64,000 bases of DNA, taken from Cycas panzhihuaensis. Taxonomy: Eukaryota > Plantae > Cycadophyta. Within the stretch, counting starts at the first letter, position 1; each line of letters begins with the position of its first letter. The notes under the pieces are model-generated. The model had not been told where the DNA came from, searched no databases, and saw only the letters and a program-made list of their open reading frames with translations. Below, in pieces: positions 36,321-50,725 of this stretch. The stretch is taken from positions 153,829,741 to 153,893,740 of the forward strand of contig CM041465.1 of assembly GCA_023213395.1 (NCBI GenBank), read 5' to 3'. The position numbers and the translations under genes are program-made.

Positions 36321-39300
36321 TTCCTTAACTCATTCACTATTAAAGTGATCTTTATACTTGTTTTCCATTCATTGAAGTTGCTTTTATTGAATATTACAAT
36401 TGGCAACACTTTCATGGTTGTAACTATATTGAATAAATGATAGATAATTTCCTTGAAATGTTATATTCTCCTTAGATCATATTATTTCCATAACATTTTC
36501 TTAAAAATGTTATTTGACACATGAGTATGCTTTAAACATGGCCCACATACTTTAAATATGTATGTTAGGATTTACACTACCTTTAGTTAATCTTCCATGA
36601 TTTATATATTCACCAACATGGATTGAAAGGGTTTTAACAAACTCTTATTCTCCTTAAATAGCCTTACATGAATTATATATCCTTTTATGGACTTTTCATG
36701 AGCTTTGAATCATGTAAATTACTCTATTTATATATTAAATGAATATTCATATAACTTATATAAGCTTACACTACCATTAAATGTTTTCAATGTGCCTATA
36801 TACATCTTACATGAGCTTTTACTCATTTAATATTACTTCAAATGTCACTTACAAACACTCCTTAATGTAGCAACATGTTCTCACCATTCACTATACAATC
36901 TGACTCATTGACTTTAAATTAACATTACACAACTTTATGTTGATTACTCTCTCTAAAATAATATTCCATAACTTGGATATTGGCTATGTTACTTCTTTAT
37001 AATAAAATTATTGCTTGAATATAATTGCTTATGCTTTACATCAATGCACCATTATATACTGCTAACTTTAGAATGATGCTCTTTAATGCTCTATAATATG
37101 TCACACCAATATTTGAATGGCCTTTATTTAATGTTTCACCAATGTACCTAAATAGAAAACAAATAGTACATGGTTATATGTTTATCGTCATTTCTCCACG
37201 CTTTCAAATGGTCTTAGATAACATCACTAATGCATCATGGATTCCACATAATACTTCACCAATCTTCAAATGCCCTTTAATTACTTTGATAAGCTTTGTT
37301 AGATTTCTTAATGACACTTCTCAAATTTTGTATATACTTAGATTATCAAACCATTTAAAAAGCTTATTTTATAAGCTTTAAATGACCTCTAGTAATCATA
37401 CCACTTAGGTTGCTAACTTTTAAAGTCCATGCCCTTCTTAAATTATTTTATTTTTGGAATTTTAAATGTTTGCTTTCTTCTTGCATCTTTTGAGTATGCC
37501 TATAATAATTTTACTTCAAATATAATTTTGGTGCATTATACCTTATTATTCCATGACCACTTCTTATCATAAGATGTATACATAATCAATTTCTTTTTCT
37601 CTTATGTTCAAATCATCCTTTATGTCATGGAAGATAATAGTTTTGATTCATCTTTTGCATCTCAAAATTGTTCAATAGCAATTATTGCTTCATCTCTTAC
37701 AAATTCTATTTCTAACCAAAGAGTTGTTATTTCATCATCTTTAATATCCTTACTTTGACTTACAGCTTTAAGAGCATCCTCTTCTTCTTGTAATGCCACC
37801 TTCTTTTTTCTCAATAAATAAGCCTCTAATGATACACCTTCTCCAAAGAAAGCAACCTATTTTTTAAGCTCCCCTTGTTCTAACTTCTAGCCCCTCTAAA
37901 TTCTTTTTTAGTGCTATTATGTTGGTGTCTTCCAAGTCATCAAAAGAGTCCTATTCAATGCTAAGGGCTAAGCTTTAGCATGTAGTGAATGTAGGTGGAA
38001 AAATTATTAAGATCATCTATAAAGAAGTTATAAGTCAAGAGAGTAATCTTATATAATAACAGCATGAAGTCTTTTACTGCCATGTGATACTTATCTTCCT
38101 TGACATATATGTAGAGTTTATTTGTGCTCAGATTCTATGGGTTTATCTATATTATCTTCTTTCTTAGTATATAAGAATACATTAAGCTATCTCAAAGGGC
38201 TTGAGCTTTCATTATGCACCCCATATGTATTCTCCTACCACTAAACAACATACAAGTCTATGTTTTGGTATAAAACTATTACTTTCTTAATACCTTTTAA
38301 CAATATATCTTTCATCATTTTGCACAAACTCTTAAGCATCATCTGCTTATTATTATTTCATGTAATCTCATTTAATTTAACGTTTTAAATATTATATATA
38401 TGTTATATAGAGCATTACATTAATTCTTAAAACATCATAACTAATCAATAGAGAGTGGTAAATGGCTAGTCTTCTTGTCATCACCACCCATATATACAAC
38501 ATTATGATGACACTCTATTTTAAATTTAAACATTTGAAGAAAAAGGATTTAATCTATTTTTCTAACACATATTGTATTACAAAGTTTGTAGCCCCTAAAT
38601 GATGCAAATAATCATTATTGTTATATATTTGTTGACTTTTGATAGTCATACAATAATGTTTGATTTAAGATGCCCCCTAGCCTCTCTTTTCTTAAATCTA
38701 AGCCATCAGGCCCTTAATCTCCCAAGCGATCTCTTCTTGCTCATGCTTAGAATGTGACAATTAAGGGACATTTCTAAAGCCCTTCACCTCTTTCAAATAC
38801 ATATGCATTGCATTTATGCCAAACTTGATTGCAATCATCTTTATAATATCAATGTTAGTAGCCTAGAATTGTAGATTGACCTTAAAAGATATTAATGGAT
38901 TTATCAAGTGAAAATTATATTGTACTCTCTTAAACTATCACTTGTTAGAGCATATATTAAGACCATTTTATAGATTGTGTTATATCATTATAATGATATA
39001 CATTAACAATGCATAGATATTTCTCACTCAGAGGAGTCATTTGTACCTTATGTGATTCACATTTCATTATATTAAAGTAGTCTTATCTTCAAGTTTATAA
39101 CATTTCCAATTAGTTGTTCATACCTCATACAAAGTTAAATGTTGTTCATACCTTATAATAATTATTACTCTATTATTACCTTCATCCTCACATCATTGTT
39201 AGTTTTGCAAAAGTTTAATGTCTCTAACAATAGTTTTATTGGTTCAAATGAGCATAATCATATCTTAGATTCACACACATGTTTATCCTCTCTTCAATCC

Positions 39301-40969
39301 TATAAAAATAAGGCTATACTTATTTAGAAAATTTAACCCCCTTTTATAATATTTGATAGTGAATAAGGGTCATGAATAAATAGAAAGCATGCCCTAAATG
39401 GTCAGTTTTCTCTATTTTTATGATCGCACGCCAATATTTTATTCTCATATTAGTTAGAAAAAATCAACATCACCACTTTGGGTCACTCATTTATGTTACG
39501 AAATAGCCTTTAATTCAATTTGATTCTATACCTGCTCAACCTCAGCTACAGACCTTTATCGACTCTAATACCATGTGAAGAAACACTAAACATATATTAA
39601 TAGGATCATGATCATGCATAACAAATATACGAAGAATAATACATAGGTATTTATATGGGAAACCCCTATGAGAGAAAATCCCATGGTCAAACTCATGATA
39701 ATTTTATTATATTAAAAATGTTGTCTGGTCTTAAGATCACTCGAGGATGGTGAATAAGCCTATACGGTCCTAATATAACATATATTCATTGATTCTTGTT
39801 TGATATTTAATAACCTATATAGGGCTCATATTTATGACACTCAAAGAGATATGTCTAGCTAATGGATATAACTCTTAATCCTATATTATAACCTTTTGTC
39901 ATATATCATGACTCTTTATCATGTTTTATTGGATCCTTAATACTTGTATCTCTTTATATCTCCTAAATAAATCACCTAAAGTATTAACTTAACAGAAACT
40001 TAGATCTAATTATTTTTACTAAAAGACTCATCTAATAATAAAATTATATACAAGTGATATAAACAATCACTTAACAGGTTCTCCAAAATGATAAAATAAA
40101 CAAGAAAAATGAAAGGAAATGATATGATAATAATATGAGAGAAAGACCAAACTAAATATATTGATGTTAATAGAAGATATTAACTCCATAATAATAACAA
40201 TCAAAATGATAAAGAATGCGTTACTTAAGCATCAGTAAGTAGGGGATGGAAACAACATGAGGTTTTTTCATCAAAAAATATATTAACATATTTATATCAA
40301 AAGTGAAGGCAATAATGGTATTTATAGTGAAATAAAAAAGGGTAAAGAGAGAAAAAATCTCAAAACATATTGTGAAGTTAATTTTAACAATCAATAAGTC
40401 TTAATTATTCTATTTTTAAAGGATTACTATGAAGTTAACCTCAAGCAATATGAAACTAAACTAATGAGAGAAGATAAAAATGTTCAAAGGGAATGACTTC
40501 TTTATAGTTTATTTCTAGGCCATGAACACTTGATTCATATATATTCAATAAGATATAGATAATGAGCTAGGTAGAAACAATAATTACATTTAATATTAAG
40601 GGCAAAAATGTAAAAGAACATAAATATAAGTGGAAAGATATATACAACACTCATGTTAGCCAAGACAAATTTCGCAAAGGGGTACAGACTCTTGTTTAAC
40701 CCATAAGATATCTGACTCAAAGGTGAACTCAACCAATGTTGATTCCATATAGGCTAACTCATAGGACTATGGGATTATATCAAGTTAAAATGGATAGTCA
40801 AGGGAGATAAAACAAATTATAAAATAATAATAAATTAAACAAATATAGGAGTGGAGAAAAAAGTGATTATCTTAAGTATTGAATCAATTTTACTATAGCT
40901 CCATAATATATACGAGATGTTATTCAAAACATCATCATTGAGAGAGCTGCAAGATATCTACATCTAATT

Positions 40970-40970
40970 T

Positions 40971-41006
<36 letters not shown>

Positions 41007-41042
41007 CAAATATAAAGAAAGAAAGAGAGAGACAGAGAGAGA
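40970..41042. repeat. (TA)n(GA)n microsatellite
   Basis: Directly visible. Confidence 0.9.
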
Positions 41043-42949
41043 ACAAGCCAAATAAATACTTAATAAAATATAATATAAAGAAAATGATAAGAAACTAATG
41101 TATATCTAATGTGAAATATCTATCTATATACATACATATACATATATACATCTATCTATCTATCAAAATTTTAAGCAGGAGGTCTCAAATTAAGGAAACA
41201 ATTTGGCCTCTTAGAAATGTAGTTTGGTAAAGTTAGTGCAATAAAGAGTGTACATTACTAATATCATATCCTACATTTATAATTATAATATTATGAATTA
41301 TATACATATATTTAATGTGAAATATGATATACTAAGAGTGAATTCAAAATATATGGTTTTAAAAATTAATATGTGCGAAAAATATAAAAAACTCTACACT
41401 AAATACAATTTTTTAGAAAGACTAGGATTTTCTCCTCATGTATGTGAGTAAATAGTGCAATAGAAAATAGAGTAGTAATCTATGAATTATATTAGAAAGA
41501 ATAATTAGATGGATATAGGAGACTGTAGGAATCAATCAATAAGAAAAGCAATACAGTAATGTGAAATCTCTATGTCCTGATGAGAATCAACCTAGAGTAT
41601 GATAACTAAGAATGATTATTTTAGTATTTCATGCAATTTAGTTATAACATTTCATTTTTGTGCATTAACTTAGACTATAATCTAGTGAATGACAATGTGG
41701 CGCTAATGAACTAACCACCACTAAACCCATGAAATAAGATTATATATGTATAATTAAATAAATATACAGTTCAACAAATGATTATATAAGAGTATGGAAA
41801 TAATTACCATTAGACTTATAGATAACTTAATGAATGTGAAATCTCCTTTATTCTTTCTTATGCTCTTTTATTAGTTTTTTTTTTTTTTTTTCTTTTTCTT
41901 TTTCTTTTTTGAAAATATAGATTTGTATTTTAGTGAATGACTATATGAGACTCATAAAAACTTAGTCCATCATAAAATCCATAGATATAATTATAATATT
42001 ATTTGGTCTAGAATAAAGGACTTATTATATAAAAGTGACCCTTAAGTGTGAGTGAGGTTGTCTACTGAACTATAAGCACATTTAACTAAACATAAAGTCT
42101 AAAATATCTGAAGTGTTGTCCTATTAGACCAAACTATGGAAAATTTAAGAGTGTGATAATTAAATGTTAATTCCTAATTTTGGTCAAGGGTATTAATATA
42201 TATGTGAGAAAGTATAAAATAAGTACTAACATATGAATAAGTAGTCTAAGCAATCAAATACTATAAGGATTATAAGAGATCATATTAATATATATAATGA
42301 AAGTAAGGAATGTCAAACTAATATATGAATATGGATATTCTTAGTTTATAATCATGGTAGAATATATGTGTTGTAGTTTATACTCATTATAGAGTTTGTC
42401 GCACATGGGAATTTTAAGTAATTAATCATTTCCCTTTATTAGTATAAGGAAGATCTTCTTTAGAAAGAATTATTTATTTACAACTAAGTAAAGGATTAAT
42501 TTTTTAGGAAGATAAAGAAGGGATAGCAACATAACAACATAAATGATCCTTTTTCTTTTATGTATGAAAGGAAGATCTTCTTTAGAAGGAATGATCTTCT
42601 AACTTATATGTAAAGGATTATCTTCTTTATAATATTAAGAAGAAGTAAAAGGAATATCATGTTTGGGAAAATTGGTGTTAATATTTATGTTTACTTTTTC
42701 CTATTGTTATTATGAGTAAGTTGTTATTTTTATAATTATGTGCGAATTTAGGACTACAGTATGTGAAGAGTCCAACATTTATCATCATACTGACTTGCCA
42801 TGCCATGAAGAGTACTCTAAGGGTTGTTGTATTTATGTAGGTATGGAATGAAGTTTTAAATGAAATTAACAGTTTGAGTGTATTCACTTCATATAATAGA
42901 AATATATTATGATAGAAAGAGTTAGTAAATATGATTGAGTTATGGCACA

Positions 42950-45900
42950 TGTTGAAAATCAGAGAGAAAATAGAAGAATCACTAATACTTTATTATGAGA
43001 GATCAACTCTATATATATATAATGACATATTATAACCAACATATGTGTGAGAGACACGTGGTAGACACTTGTCTTATAATATATAATGACGAGTTTTTAC
43101 ATAATCCTTATTTACATATTCTTAGATGAAACATTATACTCTAACACCTTCTCTTAATATTTAATTCTTTCAATCGTAATTTATCTCTGAGAACTAGGAA
43201 CCTATCCTTGTTGAGAGGCTTGGTTAAGATATCTGTAATCTATTCATTTGTTCAATAGTAAGTTAAATTAATTTCTTTGTTATGCACCTTTTCTCTTATG
43301 AAGTGGTGATGAACTCTAATGTGCTTTGTCTAATCATGGAAAATTATATTTTGGTTAATTTAATGGAACTTTGATTATCACAAAATAGGATGGCTAACTC
43401 CTTTTATTATTGATCTAGATCAGATAGTAATTGTCTAGACCAAACTACTTCATAGGCAGCACTAACTGCTGACTTGTACTAAGATTCCATAGATGACAAA
43501 ACAATTATAGGTTATTTTTTACTAGTCCAAGAGATTATTGCTGATCTAAGTAAGAAACAATAACCACTTATTGATTTTCTCTTTTCTCTATCTCCAACCT
43601 AGTTTAAGTCATAATATCTATGTTATGTACTCATTCTTAATTTTGAATATGTGAGTTTTATATCAGTTGTTCCTTTTAAGTATCTAATTATTCTTTTTAC
43701 TACTTTTTAGTATCTCACCTTTGGATCTTATATATATATCAAAACTAGATTTATTAAATATGAGATGTCTGGTCTAATTATGATGAGATATATCAAACTA
43801 CCTATTAGCTGCCTGTATAATGTTCCATTGACTGCAGGTTCACCTTCATTTGGAATGAGATCATAACCTATTTCCATAGGAGCAATACAATTATTGATTT
43901 CTTCCATGTTAAATTTCAATAGTAGATTTTTAATGTATTTGCTCTGAGATAAGGAAATTAAGTCTTCCTTTTGAGTAACTTATGTTCCTAGATAGTAGTT
44001 CAGTAATCCTAGATCTTTCATCTCAAAGCCCTTTTTTAACTGAGTTCTTATATTGTTTATTAACTCAGTATCATTACCTTGAGAATCATATTATCTATAT
44101 ATACTTTAAGGATGTTGATTAGTCCTTGCCTTTTTTTGTTATATATAGACTTAAGTCAGATCTACACTTATAAAATCCATTTTGGATGAGATATTTATCT
44201 AACTTTGTATACCAGGGCCTCACAACTTATTTGAGCCTATATAATGCCTTCATTAACTTGCAAACAAGATTTTTTTCTCCATGTTAATCAAATCCTTTAG
44301 GATGTACCATATAGACTTCCTCTTCTAGTTCACTATCCAGGAAGGCACATTTTATATCTAATTGGTAAATTTTTTAGTTGTTCTGAGCTGTTAGGGCTAT
44401 TACAACTCTCACACTATCCAATTTTGATACTAGTAAGAATATCTCCTCATAGTCTATTCAGGTAGTCTACATGTATCTTTCGACTACTAGCTTGGCCTTG
44501 TATTTACTTATGTTACTACTAATATCTTCTTTTATTTTAAATACCCATTTGTAATTGACCACTAACTTTCTAAAACGTAAATTTACCAGTTCCTAGGTTT
44601 GACTTTTTGAGATCAACTATGTCTCTTCATTCATTGTAGTCTTCATTCTTTATGTCTCATTGCCTCTTCAAATGATTGTGGTTCTATGTTAGTGAATAAT
44701 ACTTGATGTCTTTGACTTCTTATCTAGTATGCATATACATCTCCTTTACTTTCCTCAATGGTTTTAAGATACCATCTTGGTATCCTTTTTTCTTTCCATG
44801 TTTCTTCTTCTTTAGTAATTGTATTTGTGGAAGGTGTACAATCTTCTCTAATATTAGAGATTTTATGAGATTATGATTCCCTCTCTAAATCTTTTATCTC
44901 TATGTCTTCTAAAGTGATTCTAAAGACTACTTTAGCCATGGGTTCAATTTACAAAATTTTCTTAGGTGCTTCTTCAACTATTTGTTGGACTGAAGTGTCT
45001 CTTATAAGATCAACTTCATTGAAAATAATATCCTTACTTATATAGACCTTACTTATTTAGGGTTTATACATTTATAGGCTTTTAATTTTTCATTGTATCC
45101 TACCATCATGTATTTTATGCTTTTAAAGTCTTGTTTGCTTCTTTTCTTATCTAGTACATGGATAAATGCTTGACATCTAAAAATTCTCATATTACTTACA
45201 TCTGGTTTGGTTTCAGTCGAGGCTTCTTCTAGTGTAATTTATTATAGGGCCTTCTCAGGTCTTCTATTTATAAGATAACCAGTTGTGTAGACTACTCTAG
45301 CCTAGTAGACTCTAGAGATTTGGCTTTCTTTAATCATGCTTTGAGCCATTTCCATAATTATTCTATTCATTTACTCTACAACTCCATTAGACTATGGAGT
45401 GAATGAAGTTGTGACTTGTCTACGTATTCCTTTTATCTTATAGAAATTTAAAAAGCCTTTTGAGATCTATTTGCCTCCACCATCTAAACTAACACATTTT
45501 ATTTTGGCTCTAGATTCTAACTCAACTTCAACACTAAATTCTTTAAATTTTTTTAAAACCTCAAATTTGCTATAAAGAAAATAAATCTAAATTTTTCTAG
45601 AAAAATCATCAATGAATGTTAAAAAATACTTAGCACTATTAATTAAGTAGGGTATGAGGGGTCCACATAGATTAGTGTGTACCAATTCTAGCTTGCTTTG
45701 ATCTCACCATTCATTTGATTTATATGGAAAATGATGTTTTCTGAGTATGCAACTTTTGCAAACAAGATGCTAAAATGAGATATTTGGAAGACCATTAAAT
45801 ATTTTAGATTTTTGCAATGGTATTAACCTATCTAATGAGATATGTCAATACTTCAAATGCCATAATTTACTATTATTAACATTGGTTGTAGTACATACCT

Positions 45901-48174
45901 TTACATTGATAATCACAGGTTTAGAAAGTAGTATATATAGGTCACTACTTTCTATACCTTTTCTAATTGTAACTCCATACCTTTTCATGTCTAAGATATG
46001 GTAATATCCATCTTCATTAAACACATTTCTCAAATTTTTCTTTCTTAGCTAAAAAACTAAAAGAAGATTCTTTTTTAACCTAAGAATAAGGAGAACATTT
46101 CTAATTTTTTGTATACCCCTTTTAATTTTAATTATTATGGTGATAACTCCTTTAATATTAAGAGGATGTTTGTCCCTTAACTTAACAAACTTGTTTGAGG
46201 TCAAAAGTTTTAGAGATTTAAACTAGTCCTCTCATCTGATCATGTGCGTTAATGCTCCAGAATTAATGCATGATACCTTCTCATCTTCAAGACTTGTAAT
46301 GAATGCAATAATGAAGGTGGTTTCTTCTTCATCTTTGTCATCCTACTCCTTACTATAATTTCTCACAGGTCATTTTCCCTTTGGAATTTTAGCTCTTCTC
46401 TATGGACACTGATATGGATAATGTCTGGTTTGTTGATAATAATAACGGATGTTAAAGGCTCTGCAACTACTAGAAAAGTGGCATGGTTTCGATTAGTTAA
46501 AGCACACCTTAACTTCTCTAGAAGGTATGATGTGTCCTTGTCCTTAGTTATTTTTCCATCTCCTGCAAGATAGGATTTTAGAATCTAGAGCCCTAGTATG
46601 ACCATAATATTAACCCTTCCTCTGGGTCCTAAATAAAGCTTGGTCATAAAGGCATCCTCCATCTTTGTTGTATCCTTATATCACTTATTTCTCTACTCTT
46701 ATCTTAATAATAATCCTATCAGTGTATCAAGAATCATAGTACTGATTTGATCATTATTAGTGATTATGTTAATTGTAATATCAAATAATTTTGGGACCTT
46801 GCTTGCTTCCATTTCAATAATCTCTTGTTCTTCTATCTTTACTCATGTACTTAACAAATCATTTTTTACTGAAATAACTTTATAAAGAAACTCTAAAATT
46901 ATTTTAGTTTCTTTTATGTATAGCTTAAATAATTCTTCTTTTGATGCTATGATCTAAGCTTTATTTTTCTTGCCATACATATTTTCAAACTTCTGAGGAT
47001 GAGTCTAGATATTTAACATAAATAAGGAGAAAATCTAAAATAGAGAGTTTTAGTATGATTATGCCTGTATTATCCCTTTCTTCCCAGTTAAGTAGGTCAA
47101 TATCATCATTAATAGGCTTTTCTTCAAAATTAGTGGCTATCTTCCATGTATTTTTAACTCTTTGTAATGCTTCTACTTTGATTTTTTATATATGATAATT
47201 AGAAGAAGTAAGTTTATCTTGATCGAATAGAGCTAAAATAATAGAAGCCATCTTAAACTTTAAGTTTTGAGATCAGAGATTAGGTCTATCTATATAGTTG
47301 TATAGATTTTTATACAAAAATGATGGTGCATAAATAAGTATAAAGAATATCTTAAAATATAGATGTTTAAGAGATGATTTCATATTTGTAATTATTTCCT
47401 AGAGATCAATTTATAGTAGTAAGAAAACAAGCCTGAAAGCTTTAAAAGGGTAGTTAGGGTTTTGAAGAGAAATGCTCTTAAATCTTTAAATCTTAAAAAA
47501 TACTAAACAAAATTAGATTTAATTTCCCGATAATAAAGAAACAAATAGATCAAGACTAGTTCTATATAAAATTTTAAAGAATTTTTGAAGAAATTTGAGT
47601 TTGGAGGCTCTAACCTCTATAGATAGAAAAATAGTTAAAACTCCCTTAAAACAACTTTGGATGACTTCATGATAATTGAGAGATTTGATGCCCATATTGA
47701 GATCTTCCTACTAGCCAAGTTTCATCAAAATATAAACACTTCAATTTTTTTCATCCGTACGAGTCTGTATTGGTCTATATAATTTTGTACTGGATTGAAT
47801 TCTATAGTCTTCTTTCACCTTTAACAAAATCTGACCTTGTTCTTTTCCTTCTTGAATCCTTTAAGTAATTTGACTGTGTTCTTCTTTTTGAATTTGCCTC
47901 TAAGCTCTATTTCAAATCTCTTCTCATAACTATAAATTCTTCTTATTAGGCAAAGAGGCTAGCCTACTCTCATGCTATGTTGAAAATTAGAGAGAAAATA
48001 GAAGAATCATCGATGCTTTATTATGAGAGATCAACTCTCTCTATATATAATGACATTTTGTAACTGACATGTGTGAAAGAGACACGTGGCAGACACTTGT
48101 CTTATAATATATAATGAGGGGTTTTTATATGACCCTTGTGTACACATTCCTAGATGAAATATTATGCTCTAACA
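42950..48174 (-). mobile_element. Full-length decayed Ty1/Copia with 197-bp LTRs
   Basis: LTRs 42950-43146 and 47978-48174 (TGTTG...TAACA). TSD gcaca/tcaca. Degenerate Met PBS and PPT. gag, knuckles, protease (INSGALTHM), integrase (SKLWH, LELVHTNL), RT (YRQLIGSLIYL..RPDISY) and RH remnants in Copia order. Confidence 0.94.
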
Positions 48175-50725
48175 TCACATAACTATGTTAACTATCTTGC
48201 ATAAGAGGGTTCAAACCTTGATTAATTATGGATATAAAAGTGGAACCAAGTTAATATTACAAGTAAGGGATTTGCTATGGTTATGGATTAGTTACCTCAA
48301 TAGGGTTTGGTGCCATAAGATTATGTGAGGTAACAACTTGAGATGAGAATGCTTAGGAAGATGGACCAAGTCTTACTTTTATTAAGAGTCGTCTTATTAA
48401 ATCTTTAGGAAGGTTCAATATTAAAGACACTATTTGCAAAAATAAATCAATATTAATAGATATTAATCTTAAGATCTAGAAAAATAATTTAAGATTAATT
48501 TTTCTACTTAGAATTTATGAGTTTAGTGTTTTAGCTTTGATTTATTTTATTATATTTTGTAATTATAAGATAGATAGTGGTGAATTTGAAATAAAAGTGG
48601 AGCTTTTAGAGCTATCCCATGAATAAATTATGAGCATGACTTGACTTTAACTTTTAACCAAGGCAAATGAGGTAAAGAATATTAGCCAATATCATAATTT
48701 TAGAAAGGCAAACTAGGGGAAGAAGATGTGTGCTTATCCTCATGAACATCTTCTATAATAATTTGGTCAATAGAAGCATTGAGAATATCATTAAAGGAGG
48801 TTCTAAGGGGGGTTTTATTTTGTTATGAGCAATGCACTTTAGAAAAGAAGCCTAATTTTATAAAATAAATATGAATAGATGAATTAATTAAACTCAAAAT
48901 CCATAAGTAAAGAAATATAGATACAATTAATTCTTATAAAAGTTTAAAAAAATGAATTATGAGTATGACTACTATAATAATAGTAAACATAAGTAGAATT
49001 ATACCTAGTTTTATAATAGAATTAAGAGAGTTTTCAACTATCAGATAAGTGTGTAAAGGCTTTAATTTCATTTTCATATGAGTCAAGATTATAATAGTTT
49101 ATTATAAGCTTTATAAAATATATGTCATATATAATAGATATTCTCAAAATAATAAAGATCAAAATTCAAGGCTTTGGGGATCATAATAATACATGTTACT
49201 AAAATGAGGATAATCTTTTATCCTAATATATAATTAAACTAAAACCAATTCCAACATAAATAGACTTCAAGAGAAACTTATTTAAAAAATATTTCAGGTT
49301 AATCAGATATTTGTAGCTCTTGTTATTATCATTTGGAGTTATAGTAGTAGATTTCTTATCCTATAATTAGTATACCATTTTCATAATTTTGGTCTAAACC
49401 CTATAGTATAAATACTCAAAACTTATGGAATAGGTTTGATCATCTTAAATATATAATTTATTATTCCAAATTTGTTTATTTATAATGTAGATTATATGTG
49501 TTTTAAATAAGATTTTAACTTTCTTTTTTTAAGAGACAATTTAATTCAAAAAAAAAAAAAGTATTAGATTTTGATTATATGTTTATTTCAGTACCTCTTT
49601 TATAAGTAAAGTGCTACAAAAGGGTGGTTTAATAGAGTACGATTATGGTATGTATAAAAAGTAACAAGGACTCAAACAAAGATTTATAATCTAGAGAGAA
49701 GGTGAGTCCCTAGTATAGTTCCCAAAATACTTACTAGTAGAAATGAATTTCATTTTCCTACTTAGCATAACAACTAGAGTTGAGGCACACCTAAGAAGAA
49801 ATAGGAAAATATCATTTTATAAGTACCATTATCCTATGTGTGATGAAAGTATATAATGATTTTCATTAAGGAAGAGTTTTTGAATCACATCACATACAAA
49901 TATTTATTCTTTTCTTTTCCCAAAAAAAATAAATAGTGTACAAGAGAATATCTTATTGAGTCTGATATTAAATAAGAACCTCTAGTTGATGATTAATCCT
50001 TGTTGTTATACATACAATTTCTTTCTTTTTTTGTATCTATAATATGATATCATAAGGGTAAACTACCAAGGCATGCTTTAACATGATAAAGAAATCTAAA
50101 TATTAAATAGAAAAGGAAATCACTTGTTACCTCATCTAACAATGACATTTAATACAAGTCATATAAATAATTAATTGATAGGTCCTCCAAATTGATAAAA
50201 CAAATATACAAAGTAATAGTGAATGACATGATAATAATATAAGAATAAAATAATCAAACAAAAAATGAAATATAAATTAGAGATCAAATTAATAAAATTA
50301 ATAATAATGGAAGATGTTGATTCTATAATAATAATAATCAAAATAATAAAAGGCACCTTACTTGAGCATTACCAACTAGGATATGGAGATAGCATGAAGG
50401 TATTTCATCAAAAAATATATCAAGATACCTATATTAAAAGTAAAGGTATTAAAGGTATTTACAGTAAAATTAAAAGCAGGAAAGAGAGAAAAAAAATATT
50501 AAAACATGTTGTGACCATGACCATTCAATTCATATCTACTTGAGTAGATGTACATAATGGGCTAAGTAGAATTAATAATTAATTTTAATATCAAATCCAA
50601 ACATAAAAAAGAAGATAAATATAAGTGAAAAATAATAGAAAATATTTATGTTAACCAAAATAAATTAGTTAGAGGGGCATAAAGTCATGTTTGATCTAAA
50701 AGATATCTAATGCATAAGGGAACTA

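Noticed and set aside
41875-41910. Poly-T tract as a retroposed poly(A) tail
   Set aside because: No TSD or adjacent SINE/LINE/gene body identified.
48175-49700. Coding remnants of element A
   Set aside because: No motif recognisable with confidence, so the Ogre/Tat label rests on a degenerate PBS and structure only.
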